DNA of 27,418 bases from a virus. Taxonomy: Duplodnaviria > Caudoviricetes. This document shows positions 1 to 9,219 of this stretch, piece by piece. The notes beneath the pieces were generated by a model. That model had not been told where the DNA came from, made no database searches, and was given only the letters and a program-made list of their open reading frames with translations. Each line of letters begins with the position of its first letter. Position 1 is the first letter of the stretch. Made by a program: the position numbers and the translations under genes. The stretch covers positions 1-27,418 of the IMG/VR virus record IMGVR_UViG_3300035680_000075; one strand, given 5' to 3'.

Positions 1-426
1 CTGCCGACTCATGGCCCGGGGCGTGAGCAAACCCGCTGGTGGGAAGGCACAGCGCGAGGTTGGAGTTTGAGCCAACCAAATTCCAACACGGTTACATTTA
101 GCAATCAAACCATCGGATTGGCTCATAAAGTGACAGGCGGAACGATCCGGGCTAAACGCAAAAACAACCTAACAATTCCGTTGGATCCAAGAGCGCACGC
201 AAAGACCGCTAGAGAATATTCCAACCGGGTTAACCCATTGTTCCGGGTCAAGAATGTTTTGGCCGAAGTTGACGAAGGCGCTCCAAACGGAATTAAACCG
301 ATCTATGCCTTGGTGAAATCCGTCACTCATAAGCCTTGGCCTAATGCTCTTCCTCCGGAAGATTCATATGTGAACGCATTCATGGACGGCGCTTTGGACT
401 ATTTGATATCTGAATTCAATACTTGA
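1..426 (+). CDS. 5'-truncated phage virion morphogenesis protein (Mu gpG / tail-completion-like)
   Basis: Frame is open from base 1 (LPTHGPGREQTRWW...) to TGA 426. Contains HKVTGGTIRAKRKNNLTIP, resembling the HxxGGTIxxKxxxxLxIP signature of Mu gpG-like proteins. Lies directly before the prohead protease. Confidence 0.55.
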   Translation: MPTHGPGREQTRWWEGTARGWSLSQPNSNTVTFSNQTIGLAHKVTGGTIRAKRKNNLTIPLDPRAHAKTAREYSNRVNPLFRVKNVLAEVDEGAPNGIKPIYALVKSVTHKPWPNALPPEDSYVNAFMDGALDYLISEFNT

Positions 427-451
427 CATATATGACCATGTATGATTATCT
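423..451 (+). promoter_or_regulatory. Candidate sigma70-type late promoter for the head operon
   Basis: Perfect TTGACA at 423-428, 17-nt spacer, weak -10 (TGa-TTATCT, 446-451), just before ATG 459. Confidence 0.35.
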
Positions 452-458
452 CCCTTCG

Positions 459-1448
459 ATGTTTCGCAATTCCAACATTGTAACCGCTGCAATCCAATCG
501 GAGCTTTCCGATGTTGCTGGTTCAATTGTCTATCTCCCGGAAGGACAACACCGCATCAATGCGACCGTTGGCGGAAAGGCCAAAACCGTTGATGTCCTAG
601 TTGATTCCCGGGTTGCTGCATCATTCGCTGAAGACCTTAATAAGCGATTTGAGTCTAATGTTCGCCCGTTCGCAGGGTTTGATCATAAGCAAGGTGCCGC
701 CTCATTTATCCCCAAGGAATTTAGATATGAGGAAGGCGTTGGTCTTGTGCTTGATGTCGAATGGACGGAAGCCGGGCGCAAAGCCGTTGAGGGGCGCGAC
801 TATTCTTATTTTTCCCCTACTTTCCTTCTTTCAAAAGACGGAATTCCGACTGGTCTAGCAAAGCGTGGCGAGATCGGATCCCTAGTCAATGATCCAGCAT
901 TTGAAGAAATCCCGCGCATTGCGGCATCACATAACGAACAAAATAATATGACTGAACAACTGATCGAATTGGGTCTGGTTGAGGCGAGCGAATCGCCGGA
1001 TACCGCACTCGAAACCGCAAAGGCTAATCTCGCTGCTCTTCGTGAATCCGCCTCCCTTGCCGAGCAAGTGGAAGCAGCTAATGAAGGCAAAAAGTCCGCC
1101 GAAGAACAACTTGCTGAAATGGAAGCTGCATATGCCGCTCTTAAAGCAGAATACGAAGATATGAAGAAAAAGATCGAAGAGAAGGATATGGCATCCGCTG
1201 AATCCGCAATCGACGAAGCTGTCAAATCTGGACGCATCGCTCCACAAGACGAGGATGCTAAAGCATTCTGGAAAGGTGCAATTCTTGCCGATAAGAAGGC
1301 AGCCAAGGTTCTTGCCTCGCTGCCAAGCAACGAAGCAATCAATGGCGCTACAATTCTTGCTGGACGCATCGAAGAAACTCCTTCAGTTGAACTGACTGGT
1401 CTCGCTCGCGTCGAAGCTGCATTTAAAGCACAATCGCTCAACAAATAA
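459..1448 (+). CDS. Mu gpI-like prohead protease with C-terminal scaffold domain
   Basis: FDH...AA, VEWTEAGRKAVEGRDYSYFSPTF and GSLVNDPAF match Mu-like protease motifs; the C-terminal half is Ala/Glu-rich coiled coil; immediately precedes the capsid gene. Start chosen at ATG 459 (alternatives 432, 438). Confidence 0.85.
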   Translation: MFRNSNIVTAAIQSELSDVAGSIVYLPEGQHRINATVGGKAKTVDVLVDSRVAASFAEDLNKRFESNVRPFAGFDHKQGAASFIPKEFRYEEGVGLVLDVEWTEAGRKAVEGRDYSYFSPTFLLSKDGIPTGLAKRGEIGSLVNDPAFEEIPRIAASHNEQNNMTEQLIELGLVEASESPDTALETAKANLAALRESASLAEQVEAANEGKKSAEEQLAEMEAAYAALKAEYEDMKKKIEEKDMASAESAIDEAVKSGRIAPQDEDAKAFWKGAILADKKAAKVLASLPSNEAINGATILAGRIEETPSVELTGLARVEAAFKAQSLNK

Positions 1449-1467
1449 TCCCCAATAGAAAAATAAT

Positions 1468-2406
1468 ATGCCTAACAATACTACTCTACTTGATCTTGCC
1501 AAACTTAATGGCGCTGATCCGGTTGTCGGTCTGATTGAGGAAGTGGCTACCGCCTCCCCTGAAGTTGTGACCATCCCCGCCCGCACGATTCGCGGAACCA
1601 GTTATAAGACTGTGGTTCGCAATTCGCGTCCATCCGTTGCTTTCCGCTCCGCTAATGAGGGAACGGCTGCAACGAAGTCAAACTTCACCGAGCGCCTCGT
1701 TGAAGCCTTCATCCTTTCCGCCCGCATCGAAGTCGACAAGGCAGTTGCTCGCGGCTACGAAGATGGCCCGGAAGCTCTCCAAGCAATCGAAGGCGCTGGC
1801 GTGATGCGCGCTGCTCTTTCGACTGTCGGCTCGCAAACCATCTATGGTCGCAGCGCAGGAAGCAAAGGCTTCATCGGCCTTCAGGAATTCATCTCGACCT
1901 TCGGTGATGAGCTTGTTGTTGACGCTGGCGGCACAACCTCCGCAACTGGATCTTCGGTTTATGCAATCAAGGCGGGCAATCAAGGCGTCCAATATGTCTA
2001 TGGCAACGGAACTAGCTTTGATCTTTCGCCATTCCGCGAAGGCGATGCTGCCGATGCTTCAGGCAATCGCTTCGCTGCTTATATCGCAGACCTCACCGCA
2101 TGGATCGGTCTTCAATGCGTCAACAAATACGCGATTGGCCGAATCAAGAAATGCACCGCCGATTCCGGCAAGGGTGTCACCGATGCGAAGATCGCTGAAT
2201 TGCTTTCGAAGTTCCCGGTTGGCGAGCGCCCCACCCATCTCTTGATGAGCCGCCGTTCCGCATTCCAGCTTCAGATCAGCCGCACGATGACTGCCAGCAC
2301 CAAGCAGGAAGCCTTTACTGGCATCCTTCCGGGTGTTCCTACTGAATCGTTCGGTATCCCGATTATCATCACCGATTCGATCGCTGACAATGAAGCCCTT
2401 GCTTAA
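1468..2406 (+). CDS. Major capsid protein (epsilon15 gp7 / BPP-1 Bbp17-like HK97 fold)
   Basis: 312 aa; N-terminal TLLDLAK...IEE, FRSANEG, IEVDKAVA, C-terminal FGIPIIITDSI; biased codon usage; position after the protease. Confidence 0.85.
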   Translation: MPNNTTLLDLAKLNGADPVVGLIEEVATASPEVVTIPARTIRGTSYKTVVRNSRPSVAFRSANEGTAATKSNFTERLVEAFILSARIEVDKAVARGYEDGPEALQAIEGAGVMRAALSTVGSQTIYGRSAGSKGFIGLQEFISTFGDELVVDAGGTTSATGSSVYAIKAGNQGVQYVYGNGTSFDLSPFREGDAADASGNRFAAYIADLTAWIGLQCVNKYAIGRIKKCTADSGKGVTDAKIAELLSKFPVGERPTHLLMSRRSAFQLQISRTMTASTKQEAFTGILPGVPTESFGIPIIITDSIADNEALA

Positions 2407-2434
2407 TCCTAACCCCTAAATAGATAATACGACA

Positions 2435-2839
2435 ATGGCCTTTGAATTCAATCTCAATCAACAAGATGCCTCCTACACTTCGTCGGTGGCAATCCTCCAA
2501 GCTGGAGCAAATTCCGCAACATTCGATCTTGAACAAGTCCTCGGTGGCGACATTCAAAACTTCGTGGTGGAAATTTCCGCTCCAGCCGCTTCCGGCATCG
2601 CTAACGCAGCGGTTCTTACCTACACCTTCAAGGATAGCGCCGATGGCGTGACCTTCGCTGCTGTGGATCCTGCTGTGGCAACCACGCAAACTGGTGCTGG
2701 CGGACTTGGCGTTGCTGCCAAGAGCGTTCGCTTCCGGGTTGATCCCGCAACTCGACGCTATATTCGCGTCGAGCAAACTGCGAGCGCATCTGCCGGGACC
2801 TTCGCTGGTCAGCTGTTCACCACCAAGCTACTTTTCTAA
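2435..2839 (+). CDS. Capsid cement/decoration protein (Bbp16-like)
   Basis: 134 aa, beta-rich, DSADGVTF and RRYIRV motifs typical of Bbp16-like cement proteins; directly after the capsid gene. Confidence 0.7.
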   Translation: MAFEFNLNQQDASYTSSVAILQAGANSATFDLEQVLGGDIQNFVVEISAPAASGIANAAVLTYTFKDSADGVTFAAVDPAVATTQTGAGGLGVAAKSVRFRVDPATRRYIRVEQTASASAGTFAGQLFTTKLLF

Positions 2840-2857
2840 TTAGCTTGGATCTTAATA

Positions 2858-2906
2858 TGCCGCTGGTCTGGGGTTTGTTCATTTCCCTCGGATCAGCGGC
2901 AATTTT
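2858..2906 (+). terminator. Long stem-loop, probable terminator/attenuator after the capsid genes
   Basis: TGCCGCTGGTCTGGGG (2858-2873) pairs with CCTCGGATCAGCGGCA (G-U allowed), followed by ATTTT. Confidence 0.6.
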
Positions 2907-2917
2907 CTAACTGATCT

Positions 2918-3370
2918 ATGGCATGGGCTGAATTAAATTTTGCGGGATTGCAGGGAAGACTAGGATCCGAAGAGATCGCTTCGCTGCTTGCTGAATCTGC
3001 CGCACCTGAAGAAAAGGTGACGGAGGTTCTGACCCATGTTGCATTGGACATTGCCAGCCGGGTCAATACTGGGCGCAGGAAGCGCGGATTGCCGCCTGTG
3101 GTTAATTCTAGTGTCTATGTGCCACCCGGGGCGCAACGTCATGCCTATGCCCTTGCAAGGCGTTTGCTGTCCGATGCTTTTCCTTCCTTGGCTGAATTCA
3201 ATGGCGATGATCGCAAATCATCCATTGAGGAAGCCGAAAACTACTTGGACGATCTAGCCAAGAATGATGCCGATTCGGATGATCCGGGCGCATCCAGCTT
3301 CGCTTACTCTTCCGCATCCTCATTCCGATATGGTGGATCCGCCGTAATGGATTTCTCAACTTCCCCATGA
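2918..3370 (+). CDS. Head-tail adaptor (Mu gp36 / DUF1320-like)
   Basis: 150 aa, helical; LQGRLGSEE, PPGA...ALAR, EEAENYLDDLAK pattern; position after the capsid genes. Confidence 0.6.
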   Translation: MAWAELNFAGLQGRLGSEEIASLLAESAAPEEKVTEVLTHVALDIASRVNTGRRKRGLPPVVNSSVYVPPGAQRHAYALARRLLSDAFPSLAEFNGDDRKSSIEEAENYLDDLAKNDADSDDPGASSFAYSSASSFRYGGSAVMDFSTSP

Positions 3371-3846
3371 GCATCATTCGACAGATCGTGGAAAGCATCG
3401 CCAAGAGATTGGCGGATCATGATTATTTCCGGACTGTCCCGAAGATCCCTGTGCTTGTTGAGGATGCGAAAGATGTCGAGAAATCAATCCTTAACGCAAT
3501 GCAGACTGCCGGGGCGTTCGTGCTAGTCAACTTCGATGGTGCCGATACGGATTCTGAAAACACTCCCGGACCATATTTGAGCGATTCATCATTTAAAGTG
3601 ATTGTTTCGGAAATTCCTTCTCTTTGGCGCTCCCGGGGATCAAGGCAGCCATCATGCACCGAAATTGCTGAAGCTATCTGCCGTCTCATTCATCATCATC
3701 AACCGCTAGATTCCGAAGGGCTTGCATTATCTGGCGGAGTTTTGTTATTCGATTCAATGTCGCAACAAGCGAACGAATCGATGCTCCAGCAAGTCCTGAC
3801 ATTCAGAATACCAATTGGATTAACCAACACAGACCCAGAAAGATAA
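3367..3846 (+). CDS. Neck / tail terminator protein (Mu gp37-like)
   Basis: 159 aa, ATGA-coupled to the upstream gene, lies between adaptor and tail tube; alternating helix/strand pattern. Confidence 0.5.
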   Translation: MSIIRQIVESIAKRLADHDYFRTVPKIPVLVEDAKDVEKSILNAMQTAGAFVLVNFDGADTDSENTPGPYLSDSSFKVIVSEIPSLWRSRGSRQPSCTEIAEAICRLIHHHQPLDSEGLALSGGVLLFDSMSQQANESMLQQVLTFRIPIGLTNTDPER

Positions 3847-3850
3847 AATT

Positions 3851-4762
3851 ATGGCAACATTTGATAGAGCAACAATCGTTCGAGGCCCATGTAAGATCGG
3901 TTACGATGGAGCGACATTCTACTCCAAGGGTGGCGTTTCGCTGACCATGACCAACTCGACCTTTGACAAGGAAACCGATGCCTATGGCATTGTTGGCAAG
4001 GCAAAGACAGACTTCCAAGTTGTTGTTGAGTTTGAACCAGTTGGCGAGATCGAGGCATTAACTACGCTTTTCCCATATGGCAGCACAGCAATCGGTGGAT
4101 CGATTTATGGATCAGCCGACAAGGCGCTTGTGATCACATCCGTTGATCAGACTTACACGATCAACAATGCTGCCGTGACGCAGATGCCCTCGATTCGATG
4201 CACAGCTAACAACACCGCATTCGGATCGGTTCAATTCACCGGATTAGTGGATAAGAGCGGCGACCCAAGTTCATTAGCTGATTATTATTCTGCTACTGCT
4301 GGCGCAGCGATTGGCTCGGCATTCAGTCCGTCTTTGATCGTTACTGCTCCATACCAAGCAACGCTAGGCGCAGTCGGGCCTTTCTACTCCGAGGCTGGAT
4401 TTGAGATCGCATTCGACTTAAGTCTTAACCCCGTAACTGTTGATGGCATGGGCACGGTTGATATGTCGCTCCAGAATCTCGGCGTGAACATCACCTGCAT
4501 TCCGACTGGGGCTTTAGCTAATTCATTCGATACCTATTTCGGATCGTTGGATGTTGGTGAGGATCTCGCAAACTCAACGCTCGATATCAGCACTAGCACA
4601 TCTGGCGGATTGAATTTCGACTGCCTTGCTGTGCAAGTGATCGATATTCAGAAACGATTCAGTCCAACTGACAATCGAGTCGGTCAGCTTACCATGGCGG
4701 CTCGGCGCACATTCACATCTGGATCACCTAACCCATTGTTCACAGTCCTTGCAGTAGCATAA
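3851..4762 (+). CDS. Major tail tube protein
   Basis: 303 aa, Gly/Ser/Thr-rich beta protein with IVRGPCKI...FYSKGGVSL at the N-terminus; position after the neck genes; no sheath gene nearby. Confidence 0.65.
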   Translation: MATFDRATIVRGPCKIGYDGATFYSKGGVSLTMTNSTFDKETDAYGIVGKAKTDFQVVVEFEPVGEIEALTTLFPYGSTAIGGSIYGSADKALVITSVDQTYTINNAAVTQMPSIRCTANNTAFGSVQFTGLVDKSGDPSSLADYYSATAGAAIGSAFSPSLIVTAPYQATLGAVGPFYSEAGFEIAFDLSLNPVTVDGMGTVDMSLQNLGVNITCIPTGALANSFDTYFGSLDVGEDLANSTLDISTSTSGGLNFDCLAVQVIDIQKRFSPTDNRVGQLTMAARRTFTSGSPNPLFTVLAVA

Positions 4763-4765
4763 TTC

Positions 4766-5551
4766 ATGTATGCAGCCGCATTCATCGGGGATAAGATAAT
4801 CGATCTCGCTGGCTGGGACCAAGGACCATCCGCCGAAACATCGAATCTTTCCATATCATACAGCAATCAATTCCAATCCGTTAATTATATCGGAGGGACT
4901 TGGGGGCGGCAGTTTTTCCGCTCGGGATCAATGGCGAGCGCTTCATTTGATAGTAGATTTAATTTTCCTGATTATGATACATATCAAAGATGGTCTACAT
5001 ATTTCCTGTCGGCGTTGCCGGGATATTTTTCCAACCAAACATCTTGCATCTTTAAACTGACCACCCCTTGGCCCAATTATGGAACTAGACAAGTTGAAAC
5101 GGCTACTGGAGTCGGAACTGTAACTGGGTCTGGTAATGTCGCCCTTATTATAACTTCTCCCGGAATGGATGCTAATGGATGGGATCTTTCTGTTCCAGTA
5201 TATGCTGGAGAAACTGCTACAGTATGGATGGATAGAGTTAGATATTGGCTAACAATAGCACAGGTCCAGATGTATTTTTCAGTATCTGGATCCGGGGCAA
5301 ATGTTGTTCTTACTAGGCGGAGTCCATATGCCGCGCAAGACAACACTCTTAATATATCAATAGGCGGCCCGGGGACGACTGCTACCGGAATAACTCCGTC
5401 TTTAATTTCATCGGGAACAACTGCAGCAGTTCCGCTTGCTGCAATGAGCGAACAAATATTCTACGATGCCAATGTATCCGTTGCCGCATCGCAAGTAGGC
5501 ACATCCGTTCTGCTTAATACATCCGTAACCGGACGATTAGTCGCCCCATAA
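4766..5551 (+). CDS. Tail structural protein with inserted beta-domain
   Basis: 261 aa between the tube and tape measure genes; contains a QVETATGVGTVTGSGN...FSVSGSGANVVLT...DNTLNISI module. Confidence 0.5.
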   Translation: MYAAAFIGDKIIDLAGWDQGPSAETSNLSISYSNQFQSVNYIGGTWGRQFFRSGSMASASFDSRFNFPDYDTYQRWSTYFLSALPGYFSNQTSCIFKLTTPWPNYGTRQVETATGVGTVTGSGNVALIITSPGMDANGWDLSVPVYAGETATVWMDRVRYWLTIAQVQMYFSVSGSGANVVLTRRSPYAAQDNTLNISIGGPGTTATGITPSLISSGTTAAVPLAAMSEQIFYDANVSVAASQVGTSVLLNTSVTGRLVAP

Positions 5552-5554
5552 TAT

Positions 5555-7027
5555 ATGGCATCAAAAAAGGTCAATATCGATATCAGCACAACGGCTAATA
5601 CATCCGGAGCGGATCAAGCTGCCGGGTCAATGGATAAATTAGCCGAGGCTAATAAAAATGTAGCCTCTACCGCTGAATCGACATCAAGCAAAGTATCCGG
5701 CTCGCTAGATGGTATATTGAATTCAACCGATGAATTATCGAAGAGCTTCTTTAAGGTTCAGACCGCTTCCGAACAGGCGCTTGCTGCTTCAGATGTTGCC
5801 GCAGTAAAAAATAAGCAATCTCTTGATGCTGCGGCTGCGGCTGCGGAATCATATGAAAGGCAACTAGAAGAGATCAGGTCAGCGACCGAGAGAATTGTAG
5901 CGGCTAATCTTGCCGATGCGGTAGGGAAGATTTCCAAAGCGTTCGGGGACCTATCCCCGGAGGCTGATCTTGCTATTTCCGGGGTTAAAAATTTCCTTAA
6001 TATATTAGCAAATACTGGGGATCCGGTAAAGGCTTCACTTGGAGTTGTCGCAACTGCTGTTGGCGGAGTGGTGAGCGCAATGATTGACGCTAACAATCAG
6101 GCCAAGGAATTAGACAAGTCCCAAAAGGAACACGCTCAATCGATGGCGACCATACGGTCGGAGATCCTCGCAAAAGTTAAAGCCGAGAAAATGGCTGAAT
6201 TTTTCCAAAAGGAAACCGATGCCGTAAATGAGCAGATTGACGCGCTAGAGAGGCGGAGCAAAGTTCAATCTGCTATTGCCTCCGCTCAATCTGCGGTTGG
6301 CGGGGCTGCTGCCCCGGGTGGAGCGGATCCCGGGGTGGCTGAAGCCGCTAGAGTAAATTCAGAGACGACCGCTAAACTTGCGGAGATCGACAGGCAAGTG
6401 GCGCTTGCCGGAGATACTTTGGCGGCAGCAACAAGAAATGTTGAGATAGCTAACCTTGCTCTAAAAGAGGCAGTCCACAGAGAGGGTCCGGGAGGAGAAT
6501 CTGCAATAGCAGCGGAAGCAAAGCTAAAAGCAGCGGAAGAATTAAAGGCTCAACTCGAAAAAGATTTCCAAGATATACAAGATATATCTACCGCTAAAAC
6601 TGCGGAGATTGTTGCCGAGGCCCAAACTCAAGTTGACAAAATAACGGAGCAGACTACGGCACAATGGACTGCCGGAGTTGCTGCAATTCAAACAGAATTG
6701 CAAGCGGAGATCGACAAGCAAGGAGCTAGTGCAAGTTCTTCCATGAAGAGTGCGCTCGAGGGATTCGCTGCGGTAATGGCGGATGGTCAGATAAAGCCAG
6801 AGGAAATTGCAAAGCTCAACACGGCTTTCGAACAACTTAAAAATTCCCAAAATCAATTTAATAGCAAGGTTTTGAGCGGGCTTCAGTCTCAAAATTCCCA
6901 AAATGTTCAGGCGCTTAATCAGATAACTTCTATAAATAATCAGATAACAACGAAGCTAAATGGAGCGATCAATGCTTTAAATAATTTACAAAACAGGGTA
7001 AATAGCCTAGCATATCCAGCAAGATAA
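5555..7027 (+). CDS. Tape measure-like protein
   Basis: 490 aa, Ala/Glu/Lys/Gln-rich helical protein, N-terminal KVNIDISTTAN motif typical of TMP starts, tail-module position. Confidence 0.7.
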   Translation: MASKKVNIDISTTANTSGADQAAGSMDKLAEANKNVASTAESTSSKVSGSLDGILNSTDELSKSFFKVQTASEQALAASDVAAVKNKQSLDAAAAAAESYERQLEEIRSATERIVAANLADAVGKISKAFGDLSPEADLAISGVKNFLNILANTGDPVKASLGVVATAVGGVVSAMIDANNQAKELDKSQKEHAQSMATIRSEILAKVKAEKMAEFFQKETDAVNEQIDALERRSKVQSAIASAQSAVGGAAAPGGADPGVAEAARVNSETTAKLAEIDRQVALAGDTLAAATRNVEIANLALKEAVHREGPGGESAIAAEAKLKAAEELKAQLEKDFQDIQDISTAKTAEIVAEAQTQVDKITEQTTAQWTAGVAAIQTELQAEIDKQGASASSSMKSALEGFAAVMADGQIKPEEIAKLNTAFEQLKNSQNQFNSKVLSGLQSQNSQNVQALNQITSINNQITTKLNGAINALNNLQNRVNSLAYPAR

Positions 7028-7034
7028 CAAAAAT

Positions 7035-7544
7035 ATGCCAACCAAAATCTTACCAACAGAATATTTAGGATCAAATTATAATGGTGATACATCAACTGGT
7101 GTTGTTTCATTTGATATCGATGATTTTGTATCCTCGTCAAATTTATCCAAGCCGGAAATTGGGCAAGCCGCAAACATCGATCCTGTCGGGCTTGTTGTCG
7201 GATTGAGCTATACAATCACAACCCTTGGGAATACGGACTGGCAATCTGTCGGCGCTCCATCCGGATCGGTTGTTGGGACATCATTCACGGCATCTGCTCA
7301 ATCCGCATCCGGAACGACTGGAAAGGTTTCGTCCGGAGATGCTCGCAGGGTTTTGCTTGGATTGTGCGAACAAATTTATCAAAAATACTTTCAATATTCC
7401 GCTGCTGGAACCGCTCCAGCGAAGATGACAGTTGGAAGGACAACCGGAATTGAAAACTCTACCGGATCCGTCACATCATTGGTTATTACTTATAATATTG
7501 GATTTACTGTTGATATTCAAACTCAAGAGGTAGCGGAAGAATAA
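7035..7544 (+). CDS. Virion structural protein (hypothetical)
   Basis: 169 aa, AT-rich start context, tightly packed in the tail operon. Confidence 0.55.
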   Translation: MPTKILPTEYLGSNYNGDTSTGVVSFDIDDFVSSSNLSKPEIGQAANIDPVGLVVGLSYTITTLGNTDWQSVGAPSGSVVGTSFTASAQSASGTTGKVSSGDARRVLLGLCEQIYQKYFQYSAAGTAPAKMTVGRTTGIENSTGSVTSLVITYNIGFTVDIQTQEVAEE

Positions 7545-7545
7545 T

Positions 7546-9219
7546 ATGCCTGTAAGCTGGACAATCGCCGGGCAAACCGGGAGAAATTTTGATGCGACTG
7601 CAAGATCGCTTGAGTCTGCTTCTATTAGTTCTGCCAGACTTGAATTCAAAAACCTTGAGCCTGATACTCTTACATTCACGATTTCCGCATCCCCATCTGG
7701 TGCCATATTTCCGGATCTAGTCCAAGAGATGGCCCTTTACCGAAATGGGGTCCAATTCTTTGTCGGATATGTCACAGATATAAGAACAATGATTGATTCT
7801 CTCAATCAATCCGTCCAAGTAACCGTATCTGGAACTTGGTGGTGGCTTGACAAAGTTCCTTTGACTGCAACTTGGAATGATGGTGCTGGAACTTCAGGGG
7901 AGAGAATTGCAATCGTCTTCGGAAGCGCAACTGCCGGGCAGAATTTAAAAACTAGCCTTGAGAATGTGATAAATAGAGCAGCAGCCGCAGGTGTCCCAAT
8001 CGCATCTATAGCGCAGGGGTCGTCTGTTGATAATATGTTTGATTTTCCAAAGATAACATTAAATCAATCTACTTATGGACAGGCTTTATCGGAGCTTGTG
8101 CGGATCGTTCCTGATACAATGGTATGGTTTGATTATTCGACAAAACCAGTAAGAATGAGAATAACTAGAAGAGGCAACGCTACTGCAACCAATCTTGATG
8201 CCTCCTCGTCTCCGATTGTATCTATCGACATAAATCCTGTAATTGAGCTTCAAGTTTCACAAGTCACCCTGCCTTATGTAGATAGAGACATACAGGGAAG
8301 GACCATATTTAAGTCTCAATCATCAGGAACAAATTATCTATCACAAAGGCAAGTCATAACCGTATCCGGCCCGGAGCTTGATACGTTTCTGCCTAATGAT
8401 TTGTTTGATTCGCAGACTCTAACAGTTGCTCCTAACTTGACTAACCTTGTTCACGATTCAGACCCTAGATGCGTTGCCGCTGCTGCCGCAGCCGGAATCG
8501 CTAGACTTCCTATAAGCATAGCTTACAATAGGCAGGCTTATTGGACGTATTCAAATTCTGAAGCCTCATACTATACTTTTGGTGGGGCAATTTTAAAAGA
8601 CTCAGGAAACAACACTTTATCTGGATATAATATCCTAACATCGGCCCCTCCCGCTAATTGGTCAACTATCAATTGGAAACAATGCAATCTTACTGCAACA
8701 ATGTGGGCGAAACATAGATACCAAACTGGTTCTAAAATTTTTCCAGTCCCTACTTATTGGGCTGAAGCTGGATTTACTGAAGTTATTTATGCACTAGAAT
8801 CTAAAGCAAATGACAGTCATGTAGCTAAATGGTTTGCAAAAACTATTATTATTTCGTGCAACGCTACTAATCAAATTTCCTCTCCAACAACCATTTACAA
8901 ACCTGCGGATTATTCATTCATATATCCTCCAGCCGACCTTTCAGCCAATCTTCTTGCGGCTCAAAATTGGCTTCCATATGAAGGGCAAATTCAACTTGAG
9001 CAGGAAGATGTCGGAGGCAATAGATATAGGGGGACAAAAGTCAATATAGCTAATTCTTTGTCTTCGTTCTCCAATATGGGGGCTTTAGTTAAAGGCGAAT
9101 CCCTAGAGATCGAAACCGGGCGAACAACTATCAGCCTTGGCGCTCCTGCTAGGAATGATTACCGGACTCTTGTTGATAAGGTGAGAAGAACATCCCAAGA
9201 CAATATTGTTTATGTATGA
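7546..9219 (+). CDS. Tail tip / hub protein
   Basis: 557 aa; LYRNGVQFFVGYVTDI and ALSELVRIVPDTMVWFDYS patterns seen in tail-hub (Tal/gp27-like) proteins; follows the TMP. Confidence 0.6.
   Translation: MPVSWTIAGQTGRNFDATARSLESASISSARLEFKNLEPDTLTFTISASPSGAIFPDLVQEMALYRNGVQFFVGYVTDIRTMIDSLNQSVQVTVSGTWWWLDKVPLTATWNDGAGTSGERIAIVFGSATAGQNLKTSLENVINRAAAAGVPIASIAQGSSVDNMFDFPKITLNQSTYGQALSELVRIVPDTMVWFDYSTKPVRMRITRRGNATATNLDASSSPIVSIDINPVIELQVSQVTLPYVDRDIQGRTIFKSQSSGTNYLSQRQVITVSGPELDTFLPNDLFDSQTLTVAPNLTNLVHDSDPRCVAAAAAAGIARLPISIAYNRQAYWTYSNSEASYYTFGGAILKDSGNNTLSGYNILTSAPPANWSTINWKQCNLTATMWAKHRYQTGSKIFPVPTYWAEAGFTEVIYALESKANDSHVAKWFAKTIIISCNATNQISSPTTIYKPADYSFIYPPADLSANLLAAQNWLPYEGQIQLEQEDVGGNRYRGTKVNIANSLSSFSNMGALVKGESLEIETGRTTISLGAPARNDYRTLVDKVRRTSQDNIVYV

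Noticed and set aside
806-1444. 212-aa antisense ORF
   Set aside because: Shadow of the Ala/Glu-rich scaffold region; Ser/Ala low-complexity translation and no start signals.
4763-5560. Programmed -1 frameshift tail chaperone
   Set aside because: No two-ORF arrangement or convincing slippery heptamer before the TMP; the protein is beta-rich rather than chaperone-like.
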